NCBI GenBank assembly: GCA_016840085.1
Contig: JAEOTA010000084.1
Coordinates: 1 to 64,000 of the forward strand
Source of the DNA: Promethearchaeota archaeon
Lineage (GTDB): Archaea; Asgardarchaeota; Lokiarchaeia; Sigyniarchaeales; SOKP01
Length of the DNA stretch: 64,000 nt
Direction: 5' to 3'
The stretch's first letter is position 1. Each line of letters opens with the position of its first letter. The notes under the pieces are model-generated. The model searched no databases. It saw only the letters and a list, made by a program, of their open reading frames with translations, and was not told where the DNA came from. Of this stretch, positions 20,238 to 30,136 are shown in pieces. The position numbers and the translations under genes are program-made.

Positions 20238-21500
20238 TTGTTAAATTCTATTAAAAAATTTTTGTATAGTTTAAATCCTGATATTATAGTTCAAGCTCCA
20301 TCAAGAATAAATCTAATAAATCCATTAGATGCTGTCGAAGGAGATTTTTGGATGCCATCTTTAGCGATAACAGGCATTAATAATCCGCTTTCTGTTTTTT
20401 TATACATAAAAAGAATTGAAAAAGAAAGTAAATTAAAAATTTATCAAGTTAAATATGTTGATAAATCACATACTATTAGGTTACTTAGTGAGGAAACATT
20501 ATTAAAAAATATAGAATTAATTAGAAAAAGATTTGCAAATAAAAATGGGTTAGTATATGCCAGTATATATAGATTCTGTAGAATTAATTCATGTTTTGAA
20601 AAGAATTATTTGAAAACTAATATTGAAATTGGCTTACTTTCAACAATTCCGCAACAAAGTGGTTTGGGGGGAAGTGCAGCAATAATTATTGCCACTCTAT
20701 ACGGATTTGCCAAATTTTTCAATTTATATAACAATTTCAATTTATTAAAATCAAATGAATTTCCAATAAATAAAGATATAATTGCTGAAATGGCAACTAA
20801 AATAGAAGATGAGGATTTAAAAATTACAGCAGGTTATGGAGATCGCTATGTAATAAGTAGAGGTGGATTATGTTTTTGTTCTTATTATGGTAAACTATAT
20901 CATAGGGAGATATCGTTAGAGCCCCTAGCTATTTATGATAGAATTGATCAAACATATGATATAAATGATATTCCTATTATTATCTGCTTTTCTGGTGTAT
21001 TCCATCAAAGCGGAAACGTTCATGGAAGATTAAGGAGGCTTTACTTAAAAAAAGATCAAAAAATATTGTATAATTATAATAAATTAGCAGAAATAGCATG
21101 GAAATCTAGATTTGCCATAATGAAACATGATTGGGTGTTATTAGGAAAATATTTTAAGGAAAATACTAAAATTATGAATTCGGTAATGCGAGATGCTGGT
21201 TTTAAATATGGGATAGGTCTAGCAAATAATATTTTAATAGAGATTGTAGAAGAGCATCCTGACGTTTATGCAGCTAAGTTAACGGGAGCTGGTGGGGGTG
21301 GTTCAGTTTTTGCATTGGTTGATCCAGAAAAAATTAATGGAGTTTTTTCATTTTGGAAAGAAAAATTAGATGATTTAATTCAAAACCAAGTGAAGTTTAC
21401 TTCAAAGTTTCCATCATATCCTATTGAAATAACGGACCAACTTAAAAATGCTCAATTCTATCAAATTAAAATTGATATTAATGGTGTGAAAAAGTTATAA
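20238..21500 (+). CDS. GHMP-family sugar kinase (glucuronokinase-like)
   Basis: IPQQSGLGGSAA, AGYGDR, SGNVH, AAKLTGAGGGG. Confidence 0.85.
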   Translation: MLNSIKKFLYSLNPDIIVQAPSRINLINPLDAVEGDFWMPSLAITGINNPLSVFLYIKRIEKESKLKIYQVKYVDKSHTIRLLSEETLLKNIELIRKRFANKNGLVYASIYRFCRINSCFEKNYLKTNIEIGLLSTIPQQSGLGGSAAIIIATLYGFAKFFNLYNNFNLLKSNEFPINKDIIAEMATKIEDEDLKITAGYGDRYVISRGGLCFCSYYGKLYHREISLEPLAIYDRIDQTYDINDIPIIICFSGVFHQSGNVHGRLRRLYLKKDQKILYNYNKLAEIAWKSRFAIMKHDWVLLGKYFKENTKIMNSVMRDAGFKYGIGLANNILIEIVEEHPDVYAAKLTGAGGGGSVFALVDPEKINGVFSFWKEKLDDLIQNQVKFTSKFPSYPIEITDQLKNAQFYQIKIDINGVKKL

Positions 21501-21543
21501 TCTATTATGTATTTTATAAATAAAAGTAATTAGGAGATTTAAA

Positions 21544-21726
21544 TTGAGTAAATTCGAACGTTATAAAAATGAAACTGGAACTTACATTTATCCTCATAAA
21601 CACTGCAAGAACTGTGGTGAAATGATATCTGAAGCATTTACATACTGTTCAGAATGTTATACCAAGCTAAAAGAAAAGAAAAAGCGAAAATTATTTAGTA
21701 GAAAAACAAAACATCATAATTTTTAG
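21544..21726 (+). CDS. DUF2116-like Zn-ribbon protein
   Basis: PHKHCKNCG..YCSECY and a basic tail. Confidence 0.7.
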   Translation: MSKFERYKNETGTYIYPHKHCKNCGEMISEAFTYCSECYTKLKEKKKRKLFSRKTKHHNF

Positions 21727-21752
21727 TAGTTATTTTAAGAAAAGTAAAAATT

Positions 21753-23456
21753 TTAAATATTAAATCTATTTATTAACCAACTCTTATCTAATAAAGTTAA
21801 AAAAGAACCCAATCTTGGACCATAATTCTTCCCTAGAATTACTTGATATATTGCTCCAAATAACTTTCTTGGTGGGATTTTTAATTTTTCCTTTGCAATA
21901 GTAAATATCTTATTTTGCAAAGACTCTGGATCTATTAGCTCATTTTCATTTAAATATTCTCTTAAAAGAAAAATACCTTTTTTTTGAGTATTATTTAAAT
22001 CATTTAATATTTTACCATCAACTTTCTCAGGAATAGTAAATATATTAACCTTTCTTAAGATTTCTTTTTTTATTTTTTCATTTTTCTCACTCTCAATAAT
22101 ATCTTTTACTTCATTGATCCATTTGCTAGTTTGATTGATTAATTCTTCAAATTGTTCAATAGTGATAAAATTCTCAAAATCCTCATATTGAGTTGCATTT
22201 TTTGCTTTCTGATATAATTTTTCTATACTTAAAATATTCTGAATTTGAGTTAAAAATGTTAATGATTTAAAAGAAATTTGTACAGTTTTTTTTCTTGGAA
22301 TTTCATCAATTTGAGTTAATGGATAAATATATTTTAGATTTTCAGGATAATCACCACTTTCTTTAGTTTGTGAGAAGTATGTATCTTCCATCTTTTCATA
22401 GTAATCATAATATTGTGGAAGTTCTTCAATTCTAAATGCAATGTGTTTTATTGGGTTGGTCCTTAGTATTAAGGTCCTAAATACTTCAGGTTTGGCAATT
22501 TCAAGATATTTTTTTGGTGTAAAAACAATACCTTTTGATGTTTTCATGTCACGATCTCCTAATCTCAACCATTCATAAGGAACTTTTACAGGTCCTATAT
22601 ACTCGTATACTTCCTTACATAATTCTAATCCTGTGTCATAAGCTCCACCTTTTACACTATGATCTTTACCTGCAGGTTCACACGTAGTGTTATACAAAGA
22701 CCATTTAGCAGGCCAATCTACTCGCCAATTCAATTTTAACCTCCCACTATAAATTGATATTTTTCCTGTAGTCCCACAAGCATTACATTTATAGCTGACT
22801 TGTTGCTCATCTTTGATGTATTCAGTTACTCTATTGGGTATAATTGTACCATCTTTGGTCCGATGTTGAATTTTATCGCAATTTTCGCAAATTACCATTA
22901 CTGGCATCCAGGTTTTTTGCATTTCTGTAAAATATTGTTTCTTTACATCATCTAATGTAGGTAAAATATATTTTCCAATTATTTTTTTAATTTTAGCTGT
23001 ATTCTCAAGAGCCATTTTTATTTTTTCTTGCATTTCTTTAGTATTATATAACTCATGTGTCCATATTATTTGCGTTTTTATCCCAAAATTTCTGAATGAA
23101 GATGTTAAATCATTACCAAAATGATATGCCCAACTTTTACAATTGCAATCTTTAAAAGGGCAAGGAATAAAAGAAAAAGGTTTCCCCAAATGTTTTTCTT
23201 GGAAGCTTTTATCGATATATGGAGGAAATCTCTTAGCAGCATCAAAACTATCTAAAAATAAAAAAAACCTTACTTTATAGCCTTTACTTTTAAAGATTCT
23301 TCTTAAAGAGTCACAAATTATTATTTCTCTTAATATTCCTAGATGTATATACCCAGAAGGTGTTTTTCCTGTTGCTAAAGTAATCGGTGTTTCATTTCTC
23401 TCTAAAATTTTTTCAACTATTTCCTCTAACCAGTGAACTGGATATTCTTCAGTCAA
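21753..23456 (-). CDS. lysS: lysyl-tRNA synthetase, class I
   Basis: HW, TPSGYIHLG, KLNWRVDWPAKW, EPAGKDH, MKTSKG, GPRLGSF. Confidence 0.98.
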   Translation of the reverse strand: MTEEYPVHWLEEIVEKILERNETPITLATGKTPSGYIHLGILREIIICDSLRRIFKSKGYKVRFFLFLDSFDAAKRFPPYIDKSFQEKHLGKPFSFIPCPFKDCNCKSWAYHFGNDLTSSFRNFGIKTQIIWTHELYNTKEMQEKIKMALENTAKIKKIIGKYILPTLDDVKKQYFTEMQKTWMPVMVICENCDKIQHRTKDGTIIPNRVTEYIKDEQQVSYKCNACGTTGKISIYSGRLKLNWRVDWPAKWSLYNTTCEPAGKDHSVKGGAYDTGLELCKEVYEYIGPVKVPYEWLRLGDRDMKTSKGIVFTPKKYLEIAKPEVFRTLILRTNPIKHIAFRIEELPQYYDYYEKMEDTYFSQTKESGDYPENLKYIYPLTQIDEIPRKKTVQISFKSLTFLTQIQNILSIEKLYQKAKNATQYEDFENFITIEQFEELINQTSKWINEVKDIIESEKNEKIKKEILRKVNIFTIPEKVDGKILNDLNNTQKKGIFLLREYLNENELIDPESLQNKIFTIAKEKLKIPPRKLFGAIYQVILGKNYGPRLGSFLTLLDKSWLINRFNI

Positions 23457-23544
23457 AATATCTTCACTATTTAGCTAATTCTTTATAGATTTAATGAATA
23501 TATTTATTTATCATTTTTGATTTTAAATAATAGTGAAGTAACTA

Positions 23545-25368
23545 ATGAGGATCGCAGTTCTCAATAGGGATTTTTGTAAACCTGATAAATGTAGTCCTTT
23601 TGGAGAAAAGCCCTGCATAAAATATTGTCCTAGAGTGAGAACTGGCGATAAAACTATAGTTTTAAGTCCAGATGAAAAATATGTAATAATTACTGAATCT
23701 CTCTGTTCCGGAGAGGGTATATGTATTAAAAAGTGTCCTTTTAACGCGATAAATATTGTTAATTTACCAGATCCATTAGAAAATCAAATTTCATATCGAT
23801 ATGGAGTAGATCAGTTTTCTTTATTTCGAATGGCAATCCCTAAAAGAGGAAAAGTTCTTGGTTTAATTGGACAAAATGGAATTGGAAAGAGTACTTTACT
23901 AAAAATCTTATCTAATGAAATAAAAATAAATCTCGGTAGATTTGGTGATGAAGCGCCTAATTGGAAGGAAATAATTGATCATTATAAAGGATCAGAACTA
24001 CACCAATACTTTATTGATCTTAAAGAAAATAAGATAAAAATTGTTCATAAACCTCAAAATATAACTATAATTCCAAAATTTGTCTCTGGAAAAGTATTTG
24101 ATCTTCTAAGTAAGAATAATGCTGAGAAAAGATTAGAACATATAATAGAAAAATTAAATCTTAAAGAGATATTAGAGAGAGAAATATCAGTATTATCAGG
24201 CGGTGAACTCCAGAGAGTAGCCATTGCTGCTGCATATCTTAAGGACGGAGATGTATACCTATTTGATGAGCCGAGTTCTTATTTAGATGTGAGTGAAAGA
24301 ATTAATATAGCAAAATTAATCAGGAGTTTATCAGAAGAGGATAAAACAATAATAGTTGTTGAACATGATTTAGCCATATTGGATTACTTAAGTGATTATG
24401 TATCTCTTCTCTATGGTGGGCCTGGAGTATACGGAATTGTTTCTCATCCTCAGGGTGTCAGAGTTGGAATTAATATTTATTTAAATGGATATATTAAAGA
24501 TGAAAATGTAAGATTTAGAGAAATTCCTATTGTATTCCATGAACGTCCACCTCAAGAATCCTTATATGATTCTGGAGATGTTATTTTCTCTTATGATGAT
24601 ATTGAAACTTCTTTAGGAAATTTTCATTTAACTATAGCAGGGAGTGAAATCCATGCTGGTGAAATCATTGGAATATTGGGTCCAAATGGAATTGGAAAAA
24701 CTACATTTGTAAATTCTATTGCTAAAATCGTTGAAACTGATGACAAAAAAATAAAAAGTAATAAGCTAGCAGATGATAATTATAAATTAAAAGTTTCTAT
24801 AAAACCACAATATATTAAAATAGAAGAAATAGGATTAGTTTCTGATATTATAAATAAAATTAAGTTAGCACCTCATCTTAGTCAATCATCTAAAAAGCGA
24901 TTAATTAATATTTTAAATTTAGAAAATATTAGAGAAAGAAAAATCCCAGAATTAAGTGGAGGAGAACTACAAAGAGTTGCTATAGCAAAATGTTTATTAA
25001 GTGAAGCTGATATTTATTTGTTTGATGAGCCATCTGCATTCTTGGATATTGAAATGCGATTACAAGTTGCTCAACTATTAAGGAAATCTATAGAAGAATT
25101 AAAAAAAGCTAGTTTTGTTGTTGAACATGATATAATAACACAAGATTTTATCGCAGATTCGATTTTAGTATTTGAAGGAACTCCTGGATTGAGGGGAAAA
25201 GCTTTAGCGCCTCAAAACTTAAGAGATGGATTTAATAAATTTTTAAAAATAATGGAAATTACATTCAGGAGAGATTCTATAACAAAAAGACCCCGAGTAA
25301 ATAAATTAGGAAGTAATAAAGACATTTATCAAAAAAAGATTAATGAATATTATTATATTCCAAAATAG
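23545..25368 (+). CDS. rli: ABCE1/Rli1 ribosome recycling ATPase
   Basis: N-terminal Fe-S cysteines, two GxNGIGK and LSGGELQR motifs, ITFRRD..RPRVNK. Confidence 0.98.
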   Translation: MRIAVLNRDFCKPDKCSPFGEKPCIKYCPRVRTGDKTIVLSPDEKYVIITESLCSGEGICIKKCPFNAINIVNLPDPLENQISYRYGVDQFSLFRMAIPKRGKVLGLIGQNGIGKSTLLKILSNEIKINLGRFGDEAPNWKEIIDHYKGSELHQYFIDLKENKIKIVHKPQNITIIPKFVSGKVFDLLSKNNAEKRLEHIIEKLNLKEILEREISVLSGGELQRVAIAAAYLKDGDVYLFDEPSSYLDVSERINIAKLIRSLSEEDKTIIVVEHDLAILDYLSDYVSLLYGGPGVYGIVSHPQGVRVGINIYLNGYIKDENVRFREIPIVFHERPPQESLYDSGDVIFSYDDIETSLGNFHLTIAGSEIHAGEIIGILGPNGIGKTTFVNSIAKIVETDDKKIKSNKLADDNYKLKVSIKPQYIKIEEIGLVSDIINKIKLAPHLSQSSKKRLINILNLENIRERKIPELSGGELQRVAIAKCLLSEADIYLFDEPSAFLDIEMRLQVAQLLRKSIEELKKASFVVEHDIITQDFIADSILVFEGTPGLRGKALAPQNLRDGFNKFLKIMEITFRRDSITKRPRVNKLGSNKDIYQKKINEYYYIPK

Positions 25369-25681
25369 ACTAATTATTTAGGCCTCTTGAAATTGTTTTC
25401 TGATTAATATATTTTTATACACCTTGATTTCAAGTGGACTTTCTTATTAAGTAAAATTTAGAAATAATTTTTTAAATAGATAATATTAAAATTTTAATAA
25501 TATAATTTAAATACTATTATAATAGATCTTACTGGGCCCTATTCTAAAATAAATAGATATCAATTATTTATTACTATTCTAAAACTAATTTTCCAGTCGA
25601 AGTTTAAGAGTCTTTAATGATAATGTTAATTTAGAAATAAAATATACAAAAAAATAATATTAAAAAAATATTTGTTAATAT

Positions 25682-25936
25682 TTATGTTTTTAATTTCCAA
25701 AAAACAAGAGGTCTTCCCCTTTTACCATTATTACGGGTAAATTTTTCAATTATTTTTCTTTTTTGGAGTTTAACTAAATTATCATAAATAGTAGTTCTAG
25801 GCGTATTTAGTTGCCTTACTAATTCTCGCCGAGTAACTGATCCTGTATTTTCTAAAGTCTTGATTAGATTATGTTGAATTGGAGATAAGTAGTCTTTTGA
25901 ATCAACGAATTTTCCAATCAAAATTTTATTTGACAT
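25682..25936 (-). CDS. TrmB-like wHTH regulator
   Basis: TRRELVRQLNTPRTTIYDNLVKL..GRP. Confidence 0.85.
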   Translation of the reverse strand: MSNKILIGKFVDSKDYLSPIQHNLIKTLENTGSVTRRELVRQLNTPRTTIYDNLVKLQKRKIIEKFTRNNGKRGRPLVFWKLKT

Positions 25937-26152
25937 ATTCTATTCCTCCACATTTTAAAAAATTTTTAAAAACGACAATTTTTCGACTTTTTTATTTTTT
26001 AGATTAAAAATCTATTCCTATGATTTAATAGATTCAAATTATATTTAAATGATGCTTATTTATGTATTATTATCATCAATAAGCACAAAAATTTAAAAAT
26101 AATAATTATTAATTAAAGGTTGTATAATAATTAAATTTTAGAATCATAAGAA

Positions 26153-26527
26153 ATGACAGAAACAACAAGAACGACTGTTACTCTGAATAAAAGTTATATG
26201 AAATTAGTAAAGGATTTAGTCGATGTTTTTGGTGCAACAAGGGCTCAAGTAATAACCAACATTGTAGAATATTTTTTTAATGATAGTAAAAATGACCCCT
26301 TGTTAGAAAAACTAAGAGCTAGAAAAAGAAAAGAAAAACTTCCTGAAGAATTTGAACTTGATAAGAAAATTAAAATTTACTTAAAAAGAACAGACAATAT
26401 ACCTTTTAATATTTTTTTAGATCACCTAAAATTGGATGCAGACTTTGTTATTGACCATCTGGATGAGTGGGGAGAAAAATATAACTTCAAATTAATTAAT
26501 AACAATATTATCAAAGATAAAAAATAG
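26153..26527 (+). CDS. ribbon-helix-helix domain protein
   Basis: N-terminal RTTVTL..LVKDLVDVFGATRAQVITNIVE. Confidence 0.65.
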   Translation: MTETTRTTVTLNKSYMKLVKDLVDVFGATRAQVITNIVEYFFNDSKNDPLLEKLRARKRKEKLPEEFELDKKIKIYLKRTDNIPFNIFLDHLKLDADFVIDHLDEWGEKYNFKLINNNIIKDKK

Positions 26528-26551
26528 TTATTTTCTATTTTATATAATAAT

Positions 26552-26758
26552 CTAATTACCTCCAAATAACTGTAGGAAGTCATTAGAAAGTCCAGTTGTC
26601 CAATCTAACATGGATGAAATAACTCCAACAATAATAAAGAAGATAAATAAAGCAAATCCGATTAATAATGCATACTCTACCAAATTTCCTCCATATTCAT
26701 CAGAAAAGAAATCTAAAATTTTATTTTTAAACTTTTTAATAGTTTTTTTTATATTCAT
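26552..26758 (-). CDS. Flp/Fap-like major pilin
   Basis: 68 aa; basic leader, FFSDEYG|GNLVEYALLIG with E+5/Y+6 (Flp motif), then one hydrophobic helix. Confidence 0.85.
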   Translation of the reverse strand: MNIKKTIKKFKNKILDFFSDEYGGNLVEYALLIGFALFIFFIIVGVISSMLDWTTGLSNDFLQLFGGN

Positions 26759-26829
26759 TACTATTTTTAATTTTATACTAACTTTTTAAACTAAACTGAT
26801 TTAAAAAAAAGCATTGGTAAAATATAAAT

Positions 26830-27261
26830 TCAAGATTTCAAAGAATTTAAGATTTTATTTAGCTCATCTTCAGTCGCTTGATTTCTTGGTATTTTCATTT
26901 TAAATTTATCATCATTTATACTTCTTGGAATTATATGGACATGAAAGTGCCTTATTACCTGTCCAGCAGCAGGAAAATTATTTTGTAGAATATTATATCC
27001 ATCAATTTTTAATTTTTCATGAATCAATATTGAAATTTTTCTTACTATCTTAAAAACTTCAGTCAATTCATTTTCATTAATGTCTTCTATATTAGAATAA
27101 TGATTCTTTGTAATAATAATTGTGTGCCCCTTAGAAATTGGAAAAATATCTAAAAATGCTAGATATGAATCGTCTTCGAATATAATTTTCGATGGAATTT
27201 CTTTATTCTTAATTTTACAGAAAATACATTCTTCTTCTCTCATTTCTTTAAGAAACCTCAA
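26830..27261 (-). CDS. hit: HIT family hydrolase
   Basis: CIFCKI, GHTII, AGQVIRHFHVHIIPR. Confidence 0.95.
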   Translation of the reverse strand: MRFLKEMREEECIFCKIKNKEIPSKIIFEDDSYLAFLDIFPISKGHTIIITKNHYSNIEDINENELTEVFKIVRKISILIHEKLKIDGYNILQNNFPAAGQVIRHFHVHIIPRSINDDKFKMKIPRNQATEDELNKILNSLKS

Positions 27262-27384
27262 AAATATTTTATCTATTTAAAAATAAATTTGTTTCATTAA
27301 TTAAAATTTAAAAAATCTTTACTGAGTTTTATCATAATAAATTATAAAAACTTTTCCTGTTACTACGTAGATAAACTGATTAAT

Positions 27385-28200
27385 ATGCTACTTCAAGAAA
27401 TACAATCAATTTTAAAAAATAAATTATCTCCTAAAATATTTAGATTAGATTCTGAAATCTATGGATTACAGTATAACTCTAAAAAAAACAATAGAATAAT
27501 AAAAAAAGTGATGCTTACTGTAGATTTAAGTAAAGAAGCAATATTTTTTGCCCTAAAAAACAAAATAAATTTAATAATATCTCACCATGGTTTAATAAAT
27601 AAGCCAACTAATACTTTTGATCAAGTCTTAATAAATAAATTGACCTTTTTGACTAAATACCCTATTTCAATATTCATATTAAATTCCTCATTTATAGCAG
27701 CAGAGGGGGGTGTTTCTGAAACGATTGCACAAGCTCTCTACTTAAATATAGAAGAAATGTTTGAAATCAGAAACTTTAAAGGAAATAAAGTTCCAATTGG
27801 AAGAATTTGTACTCCAAAAAATTATGTGAATGAAAACCAAATATTAAGCCTGGAGGATTTGATAAAACGAATTAAAGTAAATTTAAGTACATCATATGTT
27901 ATATATGTTGGAGATCTTAATAAATCAATAAGAAAAATTTGTATCGTGGGGGGTAATACTCCAAGTGTTTCTTATATAAAAAAAGCTTTAAGAAAAGATT
28001 GTGATTGTTATATCTCGGGAAATATTAATTATATAGATGCAGTTTTTAGTAGAGATATAGGATTATCTATAATAGAGATATCACATTATAAAAATGAGAT
28101 AATTGCAATAAAAAAATTATGTAATATACTAAGTTTGGAGTTTCCTTATGTTGAATTCATATTATTTGAATCGAATGATCCTTTCAAATTCTACCATTAA
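27385..28200 (+). CDS. NIF3/DUF34 family protein
   Basis: KVMLTVD, LIISHHGL, IEISHYKNE. Confidence 0.88.
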   Translation: MLLQEIQSILKNKLSPKIFRLDSEIYGLQYNSKKNNRIIKKVMLTVDLSKEAIFFALKNKINLIISHHGLINKPTNTFDQVLINKLTFLTKYPISIFILNSSFIAAEGGVSETIAQALYLNIEEMFEIRNFKGNKVPIGRICTPKNYVNENQILSLEDLIKRIKVNLSTSYVIYVGDLNKSIRKICIVGGNTPSVSYIKKALRKDCDCYISGNINYIDAVFSRDIGLSIIEISHYKNEIIAIKKLCNILSLEFPYVEFILFESNDPFKFYH

Positions 28201-28362
28201 AAATGATATAAAGAAGTAATAAGTAATAAAGTCATTTATACCTTTTAGGATCTTGAAGTAGCAAAAACAACCTTAAATAATACTTTAAATTATTTAATTT
28301 ATAGTTTGAAATTAGCAAAGTATTAAATAAATATTTAGTAGAATTTTTTAAGTGAAATTAAT

Positions 28363-28944
28363 ATGCCCATAATAGAATATAACGGGAAAAAACCTGATAT
28401 AAGTCCAAATGCTTACGTTAGTCCCCAAAGTACACTAATTGGTGATGTTAAAGTCAATAATAATGTAGTAATATGGCCAGGATCAATCATCCGTGCTGAA
28501 AATTCTTCAATTAATATAGGTGAATATACTACAATCTTTGATGGGGTAATGATGTTCACACGATCTCAAAGAAGTTCTATTAATATTGGTAGATATTGTA
28601 TAATTGAAACGGGAGTTACCCTTCTAGGATGCTTTATGGAAGATTATGTTCAAATAAAAGAGGGAACATTAATTTTTGAAGAAACTTCTATAGGTGAAGG
28701 GGTAATCATTATGAATCAGAGCCAGGTCCCACCAGGGTTAACTATTCCTGCTCGAACTGTAATGCGAGGGATTCCTGTTGATTCGATTAGAGAACAGACG
28801 CGGAACGATGTTTTAAAACAGAAAGAAAAAGCAGAAAATTATTCGCAACTTTTTATTAAAATTAAGGAACAGCTCCCAAATGCTCAGAGTTACTTATTAA
28901 CTTTACCAGATTTCATAAAATTAATGTTAATAAAAGAAGAATAA
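28363..28944 (+). CDS. gamma-carbonic-anhydrase-like left-handed beta-helix protein lacking Zn ligands
   Basis: Hexapeptide repeats, LIGDVKV, IWPGSIIRAE, GIPV plus C-terminal helix; no His anywhere in the sequence. Confidence 0.85.
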   Translation: MPIIEYNGKKPDISPNAYVSPQSTLIGDVKVNNNVVIWPGSIIRAENSSINIGEYTTIFDGVMMFTRSQRSSINIGRYCIIETGVTLLGCFMEDYVQIKEGTLIFEETSIGEGVIIMNQSQVPPGLTIPARTVMRGIPVDSIREQTRNDVLKQKEKAENYSQLFIKIKEQLPNAQSYLLTLPDFIKLMLIKEE

Positions 28945-28966
28945 AAAAACTTTTTTAAAATGTGAA

Positions 28967-29854
28967 TTATACCATAATATTTAATATTTTTACAAGTTCT
29001 TTATATCTAGAACGAAGAGTAACTTCAGTTACTCCTACTAAATTAGCTATCTCTTTTTGCGATATTCTTTTATCTTTCATTTTACAGATTAAATAAAGAG
29101 CACCGGCACATAAACCTTTTGGATCTTTTCCCGATGTAGAAAATTTAGAAATAAAGGTTTGTAAGATTTTAATAGTCGCATTTTCCGCATCTGCATCTAA
29201 TTCTAATTCAGCTATAAAACGTGGAATAAGAGAAATAGGATCTGTAGATGGTACTTTTAAATTTAATTCTCTAATTAATGTTCTATAACATCTCCTCACA
29301 TTCTTAGCACTAATAGATGTTTGTTCCAATATTTCTTGCAGTGTTCTAGGTATTTTTCTTTCTCTACAAGCAAAATATAAGCAAGCTGCAACCATTCCAT
29401 TAATTGATCTTCCTCTTAATAATTTCTTTTTAAAAGCTTCTATATAAAGTCGTATAGCTGCCTTTTTCACATGATTGGGTAAATTTAAATTGCTCCCAAT
29501 TCGCTTTAATTCAGTTGTAGCAATTAACATATTTCTTTTATCCCAAGTCATACGAGAATTCCATTTTGCCGCTCTTTTTAAATCTGGGCTTTTGATATTT
29601 GTCTTATCAATAATCGTGCTTAAACCCATATCAGGGAGTAGAATTGAAATAGGAGAACCCGTTCTTTCTCTACTCTCTTTTTCTTGTTTAGTAAAAGCTC
29701 TTTTGCCACTATGAGAAATATCTACAATTCTTTCACTAATGACTAAGCCACATTGACTACACACGATTTCACCCTTTTCATGAAGTGAAATGGCTTTTCC
29801 CCCACACTCGGGGCATAAATTTGATAAATTACTTAAATCTGATTCTACTTCCAT
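28967..29854 (-). CDS. tfb: transcription initiation factor IIB (canonical)
   Basis: CPECG..CSQCG, RERTG, LRGRS, PRTLQEI, GKDPKGLCAGALY, GVTEVTLRSRYKE. Confidence 0.97.
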   Translation of the reverse strand: MEVESDLSNLSNLCPECGGKAISLHEKGEIVCSQCGLVISERIVDISHSGKRAFTKQEKESRERTGSPISILLPDMGLSTIIDKTNIKSPDLKRAAKWNSRMTWDKRNMLIATTELKRIGSNLNLPNHVKKAAIRLYIEAFKKKLLRGRSINGMVAACLYFACRERKIPRTLQEILEQTSISAKNVRRCYRTLIRELNLKVPSTDPISLIPRFIAELELDADAENATIKILQTFISKFSTSGKDPKGLCAGALYLICKMKDKRISQKEIANLVGVTEVTLRSRYKELVKILNIMV

Positions 29855-30136
29855 AATAATTACCCATTTTTGTATTACAAACTAAATTTATTCCTTATAC
29901 CTTATAATTTAATTTTCTTAGGCAAATATTAACCCGTACAGCAAATAGAAAATTACTACTGTTGGTGATTCAATTTCCGTGACTGAAGTAATAATATATT
30001 CTCTGAATGCAAATAATATATGTCTAAATAAACTATATAAATGTTTCGCTCTAGCTAATAAAATTTGTTTAAATTAAGTGAAAATAATATTTAAATAATT
30101 TTTTAGAATCTAATTCTCTCATAGTTTTCTTTAATA

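Noticed and set aside
29963-30008. Possible C/D box sRNA on + strand (two CTGA boxes)
   Set aside because: No convincing RTGATGA C or C' box and no identifiable guide target in the window.
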